Origin: Amphiscolops sp. MND2022
Lineage: Eukaryota
DNA length: 64,000 nucleotides
Direction of reading: 5' to 3'
Assembly: GCA_964187785.1 (NCBI GenBank)
Contig: OZ076420.1
Coordinates: 17,050,001 to 17,114,000 of the forward strand
Made by a program: the position numbers and the translations under genes. The notes beneath the pieces were generated by a model that was not told where the DNA came from, did not search any database, and worked only from the letters and a program-made list of their open reading frames with translations. Shown here in pieces: positions 34,874 through 46,909 of this stretch. The number at the start of each line of letters is the position of its first letter. Within the stretch, counting starts at the first letter, position 1.

Positions 34874-37800
34874 TCATTCACTAGATTCCAGAGCAGACAA
34901 TCGGATAGCTGGAATTACTTGTTCTCCTCTCGGTGTTCGGACTTTGTATTGTCTGTACTGACCTTCTTCTGAAAATTCAACTTCTTTGCCGTGAGAGACT
35001 GGAGAATTAATACGGCCCAACGGCCAAAGACCTCGAGGAGTAAATTCTTGTAAAATCCAGACAACTGAACCTGGTTTCAGCGGTTTTGAGACGGCTGTCC
35101 ATTTTTGTCTCGGAATTAAGGATGGATAGAACTCTTTTTGAAGACGGTTCCATAGATGGTCAGCAAGTTGCTGAGCGTACTTCCACTGTTTAGTGATTGA
35201 AGAAGGAGATTGATAGGTTGAGCTGAGTGGAACGTTGCTGTAGGCTCTCCCCAGCAAAAAATGATTGGGGGTTAGTGGTTCAATGTCTCCAGAGTCGGAG
35301 GAGACGGCTGTCAAAGGTCGATTGTTCATGAAATGTTCCACTTCGGTTAGCAGGGTGTGAAACGTGTCATCTGTTAAAGCTTTGTTGCCCAAAATGGCGT
35401 AGAAAGCGTCTTTCAAGAACGTATGAGTCTTTCCCAGACGCCCCCGAAATGAGGCGCTTTCGGTGGGTTGAAGATCCATCGAATTTCTCGTTGACCGAAG
35501 AAGTCTTGCAGGGATGGTTGATGGAAAAGTTTCAACAATTCCTTTTCTGAAGCGGTAAAATTCGTACCATTGTCGGAAATTAACAGGTGTGGTTGACCAC
35601 GGCGTGCAAAAAAACGACATAGAGCGGTCATGGTCGCATCGAGGGAAAGATTATGGCACATTTTTATGTGTACTGCTCGAGTGGTTAGGCAGGTTAAAAT
35701 CAAACCGTAGCGTTTGTCGTAAATTTGCGAAGGTGTTTTTGAAGCGAAGGGTCCAAAGACGTCTAGTCCAGTTTGCTGGAACGGAAACGGTTGGTCGGCA
35801 GGAAAACGGTACGGTGGGAGATCTGACATTTCTGGGTATGTAGCGTAAGCGTCTTGACGTCGGCAATCATAACAGCGGTGAATGATTTTCTTTATTATGG
35901 ATCCGGCGTTCAAAATCCAAAATTCGAGCTGAAGAATGTGTTGAGTTTGTTTCAGGCGCGTATGGCCATTGCTGTTGTGAATAAAGGCGACGAAAAGTTG
36001 AACTATGCGGTGCTGTCCATCCAATATCATAGGATGTTTTAGACAGTAATCGAAGGGCGATTTTCGTAAACGACCTTCAGCGCGAAGGGATTGTGTTGGA
36101 TCAAGGAAGGGTTTTAAACGAAGTAGGCGGCTTTTTGACGAAATGCGTTGGCGGTTCGATAAAGATTTAATTTCGTTGGCGAAACATTCATGTTGCGATG
36201 AGCGGAGTAAGAAATTTTTCGAAACAGACATTTCATTTGCGGAAAGAAACGGAACGGCGTGCGGAAAAGACAACGAGCGGAACGAAGACGGAGTGGTATA
36301 TGGTTTATCGTGTTTTGTGACGGATGGCGGTTGCGGACGGCGAAGTTTCTTAAAGTTTGCAATTGCGCGGAGGACGTAAGCTGTGACTCGAACTAATTTT
36401 TTTCATGAGGAAAAATGATCAACTCGAAGAGTGTTGAAGATGTCCCGGTAAAGAGGTATGATTGATGATGGCAGTTGACCAAATTGAATCTCATTCACTG
36501 TGTTGGTGTCACAGTGAGCAGGAACTGTATTATATGCAGTAGTTTTGAGTAACGGCGACACAGTGGCGACTACTGTGGCCTTTGTGGCACCGGGTTTTCC
36601 TTCATCAATTTTGGCTACTTCTGTTGCCGTTGTTTCTTCTTCTTCTTCTGTGGCTACTTCTGCTGCTGTTGTTTCTTTTTCTTCTGTGGCTACTTCTGCT
36701 GCTGTTGTATCTTCTTCTGTGGCTACTTCTGCTGCTGTTGTTTCTTTTTCTTCTGTGGCTACTTCTGTGGCTTGTTGTGCCAATTCAATTCCTGGATAGG
36801 AATTGACTTGTGTTGTTGGACCGGCCAATGAGAAGCGCTTGGGGTGAGCAGGGTTGAGTGGCCAGTCTGACGCTGGTTTTTTCAAGAACTCAGGTCCTTG
36901 GAACCAACGATTACTGTAATGAAAATCGCGAAAAGGTATTCCGCGTGTACCATCATCAGCGGGGTTCCATTCACCAGGACAATGATTCCATTGATGTGCT
37001 TGCGTGTTCTCGAGTATTTCTGCTACCCTATTGGCAACAAAAGCTTGTTGACGTTGATGAGATCCATAGATCCATTGTAAGACAGTTGTGCTGTCTGTCC
37101 AAAGGTGGATCGCGTTGATTGTTAGACGCTGTTCGCGTTGAATGAACTTAGCGAGACGCGAACCCAAAAGGGCTGCTTGTAGTTCGAGTTTGGTGATGGT
37201 GTGTTGCTGCAAAGGCGCAACTCGAGCTTTGCCCAGTACGAAAGAAACTTCGCGCGGCGATGTTGGCGATTGGCGATAAACGAAGTATGCGACAGCGGCG
37301 AGTGCGGAATAAGACGCGTCGGTGAACACATGGAGTGTGATATCGTGATATTTGTCAGGAAAGAATCGTCTCGGTATGGCGACGGCGGACAGTTCTTGCA
37401 ATTCAGCGATTGTGTCGAAAAATTCGGACAAAACGGCGGGGGTTATTTCGTCGTCCCATTTTAACCCTGTACGCCAGATATTTTGTTGGATTATGCGAAA
37501 ACGGATTATAACGGGTGCGGCGATTCCTAAGGGGTCAAACACAGAGGAAGTTGCGCGGAGAAGGGATCGTTGTGTAGGTTTGGTTTGAAAGTGGCTGACT
37601 AGTTTTGTAGGCGAAAATTCCAGTTCGTCTGTGGAGAGCTTCCAGTCCACTCCCAGGACTTTTTGGTCTTTTGACGGGTGACGGATTTCATCGGGGGACA
37701 AAGCGCGGTGATCGGGCGGAACGTTTTTCAAAATTTCGGGAGAGTTGCTAATCCATTTTGTCAGATTAAACCCTCCTCGTGAAAGGACGAGTCGCAAATC

Positions 37801-40722
37801 GCGGATGATACCAATAGCTTCTTGAATTGTGTCGGTGGAAACGAAAAGATCATCCATGTAAAAATGGTCTCGAACGATGCGTCTAATGTGCGGATATTCG
37901 TCAAAATGATCGTCGGCACAGGTTTGGAGAGCAAAATTAGCGCATGTTGGAGAGCATTTTGCGCCAAAGACAAAACGAAGGTATTCGAAAAAGTGGGGAT
38001 CAGTTTCGCCCCAAAGAAATCGTAGGAATTTCCTGTCTGCGGGGCGCACCGATACCTGCATGTACATTGCTTCAATGTCAGCGGAAAGTGGGTATCTTTT
38101 TTCACGAAATCGCAGAATGATTCCAAGGAGGTTGGCAAGTAAGTCGGGTCCAGTTAAGAGCATGTCGTTGAGACAGACTCCTTTGTATTTAGCTCGGGCG
38201 TTAGAAACTCGTCGGAGCTTCCCGGGTTTGTTTGGGTGAAGGACTCCGTGTTCTGGTAGGAGTCATCCAGTTGATGGAACTTCATCGTGGGGAATTCGGC
38301 GGATATATCCACATTGAAGATCTTTCTCGATGGTAGCGGAATATAGATCATGTGTGACTGGGTCGTGCATGAGTCGCTGTTTGGATTTTTTGTATTGTTG
38401 AAGGGCGGCGGCGAAATTGTTTGGGAGTTCAGCATTCGGCTTCCAAAGTAATCCGACTTCATATCGGTTGTCAACGAAACGAATTGTGTCGTGAAGAGTT
38501 TTCAGGGCATGTCTTTCATCTTTCGACATGGTAACTTCAGGATTGATCCCGAAGCTTTCCATTCTCCAAAACGATGCGACAAGTTTGTACAAATCGTCAT
38601 CGTCGTGGTCCTCGTTGAAAGCTGTAAGACATTGGAACGTTGTGGCGTGAAAGGTGGATTGTTGGTAGCGGCTATCGTGGGGACCGCCAATAGTCCAACC
38701 TATGTCGGTTAGGACAGCGCGCGGGGCGTTTGCATCTCCCTTGAAAACTGTTCGAGCTGTTATAAGATCGAAGTTATCTTGTCCCAAGATAAGTCCAATC
38801 TGATTATGCAGTAGCTGAGGAAACCGAATTCCGTTGAGATGTGGGTTTTGTTGACATATGGCGTTAAGAGAACGGGTATCGACATCGGCGAGGTTGAAGG
38901 ATGGTAAAACAAAAACTTGACTGAGGTTGAAGGATTCGGCGATGTTACCGAAGGGATGAACTGTAAGAGACACTCTTTCTGTTTCCAAGGTTTTCGATTC
39001 GTGAAAACCTCCAATCTCAAGTTTCACGGCTGGTTCTTTGACAGTGCAATTCAAACTGTTTGCAATATCGGAGAGTAGATAACTACATGTACTTCCGGTG
39101 TCAAGGAAAGCGTATGTGGAAACGAATGTGTTGTCATTTTCCAATGTTACAGGTACTACCATCAACAGGGCACCGATGCTAGCTTTTGCGGGTGGCGGTG
39201 TTTTGTCGGTTGAGGAGCTATCTGCAAATTGAGTACTTTGATTGGGTTTCGTCTTACTAGCGAAATTTTTTGGTGTCGGTCTGGAAAATGAGTTGTCGTT
39301 CGTTTGTTCAGGTGTTTGTCGAGAGTTATTCCAGTGGTCGTAGTGTAAAGACGAATGGTGCTTGCGGCTGCACGAGCGGCAAAAATGTTGTGATTTACAA
39401 TCAGTCTTCAAGTGTTGTCCTAAACAATTGAGACAAAGTTTTTTTTCTAGAACCATTCGGCGTCTCTGTTCAAGGGTTGCATTCTTGTAGGTGGAGCAAT
39501 GCGCTGGGTGATGATCCATATTGTCGAATGGGCAGAGAGGTCGATGTTGTTTGACTGGTGTTACTCTTGATAGCTGGTTCTTCGAAATTGAGCTGGAAGT
39601 CGGGCGATCGTCAAGATTGAAAGGCAGGTTATCACAAGCGAGTGCGAATTGTCTGATCCAAATGTTGAAATGGATGAGGCTTGGTTGTTGTAAGTTGTTA
39701 CTCACAGCGTACTGCGTCCACTGTAATTTCTGAGTAGGGGGAAGCTTGTTAACGGCAAATTGTACGTAAAGTGTAGAATTCAGGTCATTGGTGAAACGTA
39801 GCGACTGGAAAGTTTCCACGAGGTTGTTGATGAAAGTTGAAAACTCCGTGAAAGTGTGACGTTGTTGTATCGATGGCTGACGAAAATTCTGGAGGAGGTG
39901 AAGAAATTTGTTCACGATTATTTCGGGTCTTCCGAAACGGCGTTGTAGCTCTGCAAGTGCTGCGTCGTACATTTGGCTGTTGCAGGAAAAGCCTGAAATA
40001 GCCTCATTTGCTATTCCGGTGGTAAGAGTCTGGAGATGTGTCATTTTCTCTGCTAAAGAAATGGGTTGTTTGTGTATAAGAGTTGTAAATAGACCATACC
40101 ACAGGTTCCATTTCATGGGATCTCCATCGTACGGTTCAATTTTCAATTTGGGTCGAGAAAGATGAGAAAGGTTGTCATGTGACGATGTTTGTGCTCTGGA
40201 AGACGTTGGTTGATGCAGACTCGTGTTTGGCTGTGATCCACCAGGATATTGATGTTGATTATTTGTTTCGTTGTCGGAAACAACTGGATCAAAATTACTG
40301 CAATTTACTTGTTGGTCATCTGAAGAGTCATCGGTTGTTCTGTTGACAATTTGTTGACTGTCGTTCACGTTGTAGATTCCTATTGTTTGGATCGGCCGGT
40401 TGGCAGCTGTAGATTTCTGCATTTTGGAGAATTTGTCTGTCAGGTCATCGTATTCATCTTGGAGTTTGGTGAAATCGGCTATGAGTTGTTCATCGGTAGT
40501 ATTTTCGGGTAGATGGTCGAGTAGAAAGAGGGTTGATTCTTCGACATCTGTGAGGATTTTCTTTAGTTCGTTGTTCAAGGAGCTGATATCAAAACCGACA
40601 TTTTCTTCATCAATGGCTTTGTATATTCTGCTGAAGAGACGAGTAGCTTTGGCGATATGGAAATTACGCTGTGGCAGCGAAGTTTTTTGCTGGTTACCTT
40701 TGGAAGGCATGGTAGTTCGCAA
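34874..40722 (-). pseudogene. BEL/Pao gag-PR-RT-RH-IN polyprotein (~1950 codons) with two in-frame TGA stops and one frameshift
   Basis: Zn knuckles (CLNCLGQH...C, CRSCSRKHHSSLH), AFLDTGS, FYMDD, FTDAS/ELQAA/WTDS, integrase GLDVFGPF/SDNGTNF/GGVWERLI. Stops at 38263-38265 and 36403-36405; 1-nt frameshift near 35415. Confidence 0.93.
36612..36771 (-). repeat. In-frame 30-33 bp tandem repeat encoding EVATEE(K)ETTAA units inside BEL pol
   Basis: About 5 units of GAAGTAGCCACAGAAGAA...ACAACAGCAGCA on the minus strand. Confidence 0.9.
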
Positions 40723-41118
40723 ATTAGGAGATTGCAGACAACTACTAGAACGAGAGCTGGAAGTTGATGCTCAAATTGGAAAAGTAAATGGCAAATTGAA
40801 GGAAGAGACAAATCCCGAGGTGAATCTAGCTAGAGATTACTCCAATTTGAAACTTTAGGCAACAATTTAACGGCTATTGGAAGGTTGAAGGTGCCGGATT
40901 ATCAAAAGGCAGTATAAGAATCAAACCCTGAGGATAATCGTTGGGTAGATTACCTTAATTTGAAACTTGTAGATCCTGATTTGATATCCTAATCTTAACC
41001 CCCAAAGAAGCAAAACAATTCCTAATGTTTTAAGCGATTGCAAATTGAGTTAGCCGTTGTTCATAGTTGGCTCGGCTGATCCCAGGTAAAAGCGGGGTCG
41101 ATTCTTTAGTGGGCGCCA

Positions 41119-41464
41119 TATAAAATCTTTGGGCGTCTTTGCCTTTAGATTTTCTTTCACTTGCTCTTGGCTCGTTTAGAGCGGCCCAGATTGATTGGTA
41201 GGTCTGGATTTTCAATTGCAAAAGAACAGTAAAGAAATGATAGACCGTTCCAATCAATCTGGGTCTATCCTTTTCTATTCAATGTAATCGTTATTCAATA
41301 TGCTTCAATTTCATCAAGTTTTCTCAAAGTGGAAAATCATTGAATAAATAGTTCGTCAGTTTAGAGTTAGTTTTCAAATCCAGAATGAGCTCAAGTAGTA
41401 GTTTTGATTGTGATTTTGAAGTTGTTCATGTCGTGACTCATCGTTGAAATCCAAAGAGTTTATA
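41119..41464 (-). repeat. 5' LTR of the BEL element (TATAAA...TTTATA termini)
   Basis: Direct repeat of 34348-34693; immediately followed by the PBS on the minus strand. Confidence 0.92.
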
Positions 41465-41894
41465 TTGCTAATTTCCGAAAATTCTGTAAAATTGTTTACT
41501 AATTTCCTAATGAACCATTTTTTTGTTCCATCGTGTTCGATTGGAGTGACAAACTTCAAAATTCGTCGTGGCGAAAGTTATCAAACCGCAAGTTTCGCAT
41601 TTGATTGGGACTCTTATGACTGGGGCGCTTCTGTCTGGCCGAATGGTCATCACTGTTAACCCTAAATGGACGACTGTGACTAATTTGTACCAACTTAATT
41701 GAATTAGTTTCTGCTGAAGGCACTAACTGAACGTATGGAAAATAAAAGATCTAAGATTTTATAGAATATATTACATTTGACGCAAAGTCTGGAGCCAGTG
41801 TGCCGAAGCACCAGATTTTTGGATGTCTTCGAAAATTACTTCATCCATTTAGGGTTAATATTAGCTGTTAGGTCAATAGGTCAATTTTGCTGTA

Positions 41895-44800
41895 TCAATA
41901 CAGTTTTCCTTCCGGGAATTGGTCGAAAGCCGGGTCACTGTAAGGGTCATGATCATGCCCGGTGAGAACCATCCTCGAATGCAGAACCCCGTCCATCCTC
42001 GTTTTCAGGGGGTGAGTTTTTAGCCCATAGAATACCCCTCCTAGCACGACTGCAAGCACAGTGATTGTGAAAAAGATGACGTAAAACGGCCAGGTGTTTG
42101 CCTCCGCCCGTTTTTGGCTGCCGGATTTATGAGTCCAGAACATTTCACATGCTTCTCCATTCCGGTTGGCCGAGATGACGAATCGGTTCTCAGAGTTGCC
42201 AGTTCTGAAGGAGTGGGAATACGCCGATACTTGACCTTGAAATACGTAATCTTTATTAGAAGCATGAATCTAAAGAAATATACTATCTGTTAGTTCATTT
42301 TTAGTCGGCGTCTTTTCCCTTAATGAAAAAAGCCCGACTGTTACAGTGGGCAGTTATTTTATTTTTCAGTTCACTCTGATATAACGTTTCAAACGTTCGG
42401 ATATAACGTTTCAAAGTTCGGATGTAACGTTTTCGAAGTTAAAGTTCGGATGTAACGGTTCCAAATTTTGTATATAACGTTTTCAAAGTTCGGATATAAC
42501 GTTTTAAAAGTCGGATATACCGTTTTCAAAGTTCGGATATAACGTTTTCAAAGTTCGGGTATACCGTTTTCAAAGTTTGGATGTAACGTTTTCAAAGTTC
42601 GGATATAACGTTTTCGTAGTTCGGATATAATGTTTTCAAAGTTCGGATATACCGTTTTCAAAGTTCGGATATAACGTTATCATTTTCCCCCAATTTTTTT
42701 TCGATTTTCCCCCCAAAATTTTACATAATTTGTTGAGCCTCAGATTTGGCGTCGACTTGGCCATTCCCGGCTTGTTTGGAATAGTATGACGTTTCAAATT
42801 TCTTTTATAAAATATTAACCTCTCCGAAACCTTTAAAATAAAAAATTTGCCCGATTCTTACAGGGGCAAGTTTTTTGTCAGTGACTTCATAGCATCGTGA
42901 AGCTAGTCTAAAATGTATCCAGGACCAACTAGAAATATCGACAAGACGCTTTTTGCGCTATGCGACTTTCCGGATTTCTCATTTTACCGTTCGGTTGTCA
43001 CTCCGTTTTAACTTCGGAAAAGTCGTTTGACGAGCATAGGAGTCCCCTCTTTTGAGTCTTTCGACACTGTGCGGCTTTTTTCAGGAAAACATTTTTTTCC
43101 ACCAAATTGGTATTAGATGATTTGAGTCAGACAAAAGCGCTTTTATCAATAAAAGAGCCCGACTATTACAGTCACTCGTTTTTTATAAAGACAGACTCGT
43201 AGCGACGAACTTTTTGTTCAGTTTGTTCAACTAAACGAATACCTGGGAAACGCATCTAAGTTATCGCAAAGGGCCCCCTTTCAGTTTTTACTTTTTGAAC
43301 GTAACATACAAAACCGGATGAGACTAAAGGGTCCCCTTTCAATTTTTGTCGGCGCTGAGAGACTTTTTTCGATTTTTTTTGTCTTTAAAGGGTCCCCCCT
43401 TCGATTTTATTGAAGTCCCCACTTGTAATATCCGGAGTTAAGCGCTATATGCGAACTTCTGACGTTATATCCGAACTATATTGCGTTTTTGTAAGGCGGA
43501 GGTCCGAAAACAGGAGTTTTTCATGAAAACGTCCTACGCATTTTTCAAATCTGCGCTTTTCGAGCTTTAGATATAGCGCCGACTTTAGACGTTTCCGTCT
43601 TGTTTGAGGCTATAGGTACCCCTTTGGATTTTTAAAATCTTAGCTAAGCTATGATTAATTTGCTTGAAGCCACTGTGGGTATGTTTGAGAATTTGGGCTT
43701 TTTTAGCCTTAGGCACGGCGCAAACTTGAGAAGTTCACGTCTTGTTTTCATGAGCATATAATTGAAATAACCTTGAGACATTAACTCGCATATTATATTC
43801 TTCAGCAGTTTTCATTTCACATTTTGTTGGTACCGTGTGAGTGTTTCTCTGACGTTGAGAAATTTAGTATTTTTTGCAAAAATATCCTTTTCCAAAACTC
43901 CCTTTTTTGAGAAACCCAATTTTCTTGAATGTCCTTTACTCATAATAATACAGCAAATCTTTACTATCCTCACACAACAAGGCCTTGTGCAGCAACAGCA
44001 TAGAATAAGCTGTTATTACTACTAGCCCACGCGCTGCGAACCGAATAGTGCGGAATAGCTGCAAAAAATTGGGGATACGGCAAAAGGGACTCGACTCCCC
44101 AATTGTATACAATCGTCATATGGTATGATAGTTAACAAAGTTAACTAAAATCGCCAGACTATTATAGTCACTTTTTTAGTCGGCGCTTTTTGGAAAAAAT
44201 GCACGACTCTTACAGTAACAACCACTCTTACAAATTCTCATAAATTCCACAACTTGAGAACAACACGACCACTTGGCGTAGTGGGTGAGTGTGTGGCTGC
44301 AAAGCACGGGTGCGTTGGTTCGAATTGCTGGATGGACTTTTTTCTGATTTTAGCAAAAGTTATTGAGACCAAAAGGGGTCTCCTTTAGATTTTTTGGCGC
44401 TGTTTGACTTATACATTTTTTGAATTTGAAAAGTGTACCCCTACAGTTTTTTTAAGCTTTCGGTTTGGAAGAACGTCCAGCGAACCTTAAAGGTCTCCTT
44501 TTGGGTTTTCTGGACTATGCGACATTTTTTGATTGAATTTTTTTTGGAAATGTTTTTCAAAAGGAAAATTGCCTTTTCTGGTGTTTCCAGTTCGCAAAAC
44601 TGTTCGAGCCTTGAGGGCCCCTCTCCGGTATTTTGTGGCACTGTATTATAATTTCAAAGTTTCACAATAGTTATCCCTCGAATATTTCAAACACGATGCT
44701 CTTTTTGAACCTTGAGCGGGCGCCGATTTGGGCCGTTCCCGGCTTGCTTGTAATTTAAGAGACATGAATGTCACAAAACGGATAGAGTATGAATATTTTA

Positions 44801-46909
44801 GAGGTTTAAATTCAGGGGTTTTGAGAAATTAATTTTCAAACAAAAAATTAAATTTGAATTAATTGTTAAATCAAAAATTAATACCAATATAATTGGCTTA
44901 AAACCAATTAATTGCAATTAATTGGTCAATTGTTCGGCATTGATATTTACTGAGTTTTTCACAGTATCGACAGTATGATCGTCCCAAAATCGGTGATTAA
45001 CCTTTAAAAAGAGTTGCATTTCCAAGTTTATTGGCAGTAATGCTTGGCGAAAATCAGAAAAAGCAAATCCGGCATTGCTGAAAAATCGTTCTACCATATC
45101 AGAAGTTGGTAAAATGAAGTTGGGAGATATATAGAGGCTGCTCTTGCCGGTTTTCTTGCGTTTTTTAAGGCACGCGATTTAGTCTTATTTTAGGTAGTCA
45201 AAAATTGGCCAAATATTGCAATTAATTGCTATTGAGTAAATCCGCTTTTTAATTAATTGGGGCTTTCAAATCAATTATTTACTCAATTAATTGCAATTAA
45301 TTTTTCATCAATTAATTTTTGAAAACCCCTGTTTAAATTGCAGTTAGCCATGTGATCAGAGCGTTGGCTTTAGAAACAAAAGGAGCGCTTGAATGTTGCT
45401 GTGTCTATTTTTTAGCGCAATTGTTGAGACTTTCTCGAGGTTGTTATGTATTACAGCAGAACTACAACTGAAACAAAATAAGCTAGGAATATTAACCAGG
45501 AATAATAACATCAAGCCTGCAGTTGGTTAAAACTGTGGGCTTGGATTTGAACTTCTCCATATCCTTGATTGCCTGCCCATAAACGTTCCTTTCTGTTTCG
45601 TTCATTGGCCCATACAGAAACCTCTGTGCCTTTATGAATCTCAACAGTACTTCCGGATCCAAGGGCCCCTTCATGCAGTGTTACGTCATCTTTACTTATA
45701 AATCTCTATAAGGATTTCAAAGTTAAATTCAAGTTCATCTGTCCTCAACTAGAGCGCAATTTAATGAAAAACTTGACAAGTATATCTTGAATTGTTTCAA
45801 TTCACAGAAGTTTATCTGACAACCTCAGATGTCACATGTTTTTCTGACGCACAGCCAAGATTTTTTGAAATATTTCCCAGAATGCTAAAAGCCAAGCTTG
45901 AACTTATAGAACAATTCACATAAATTTGGATGAATATTCTATTTTTATTTTTGGCTGAGTACATAATTGTTTTTTTTTGGCAAATGCATTATGTGTGGCT
46001 CAATTAATTGGTGATCAACGTTTCCGAAATACTTTCCTTGAGACAATAAAGTAAAACTATTTTTCGTTGATCGATTTGTATATATATTTTTAGGAGTCGG
46101 AAAAAATTTTCGACTACTTATGCAATCGTGTTTTTTTTTCTCCCGACCTTTTCATGAAAATTTCAAATTTCTCAAAAACTGTCCATACGATTTTCACGAA
46201 ATTTTGCACAGTCATTCTACACCCAAAGGGGCCCCTGTGTGTGCAAAGGCATCAAAATCGTATGGCTGGGATGTGAGAAACATAGCCAAAATTAGCCCAA
46301 AAAGGGCCAAAAAACAGCCATTTTTCGACTTTTTTCGATTTTCTCAAAAACTGTCCATACGATTCGATTGAAATTTTCTGCAGATATTCTACACCATATT
46401 AGAGTCCTATATGTGCAATGGCATCAAAATCGTATGGCTGGGATGTGAGAAACATAGCCAAAATTAGCCCAAAAATGGCCAAAAAACAGCCATTTTTCGA
46501 CTTTTTTCGATTTTCTCGAAAACTGTCCATACGATTCGAACGAAATTTTCTACAGATATTCTACACCATATTAGAGTCCTATATGTGCAATGGCATCAAA
46601 ATCGTATGGCTGGGATGTGAGAAACATAGCCAAAATTAGCCCAAAAATGGTCAAAAAAGGGCCATTTTTCGACTTCAGAAAAAAAGACCTAAGCCGACTC
46701 CTTTACCGCACATGCGGCTCTGGTTGCAAAATCTGAATCAACCCCTTTATTTTTCCTGGTAGCAAAAATGGAAAGAATGTTTGAAAGTAGTGCTTTAGTA
46801 ACACTGCCTTAATATTGGTCTGTGGAAGTGTTTCGCCGTTGAAGGAATCACTAGGAAGTTCCTCCAGTGTTTCGCCATAGCGCATGTCGAAATCAAAGTT
46901 GTTTTTCAT
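41895..46909 (-). CDS. Tentative single-pass membrane protein of unknown family (3' part); exons 46909-46808, 45705-45573, 42235-41895
   Basis: The three exons join in frame without stops (phases 0 and 1) using two GC-AG introns. The product ends in TM segment TWPFYVIFFTITVLAVVLGGVFYGL plus a short tail. No homolog recognised; upstream exons not found. Confidence 0.45.
42375..42680 (+). repeat. Minisatellite of a ~22-bp unit (GGATATAACGTTTTCAAAGTTC, ~13 copies) inside a family-1 HINE
   Basis: Directly visible tandem array. Confidence 0.9.
44813..45331. mobile_element. hAT-type MITE
   Basis: TIR CAGGGGTTTT / AAAACCCCTG, AATTAATT subterminal repeats, perfect 8-bp TSD TTTAAATT. Confidence 0.85.

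Larger units (their letters stand above)
34348..41464 (-). mobile_element. Full-length BEL/Pao LTR retrotransposon, recently inserted, coding-defective
   Basis: 346-bp LTRs at 34348-34693 and 41119-41464 with one mismatch seen; 5-bp TSD TTGCT (34343-34347, 41465-41469); PBS TGGCGCCC (41111-41118); purine-rich PPT-like AATGAGGCCGGA (34694-34705). Confidence 0.95.

Noticed and set aside
36545-36806. Plus-strand Leu-rich and Ser/Ala-rich ORFs
   Set aside because: Antisense readings of the BEL tandem repeat.
38263-38265. UGA=Trp alternative genetic code
   Set aside because: TGG is used throughout, TGA terminates MRPL12 and the BEL ORF, and the element also has a frameshift.
42375-42680. CRISPR-like array
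   Set aside because: Units are contiguous with no unique spacers, the context is eukaryotic, and there are no cas genes; it is a minisatellite.
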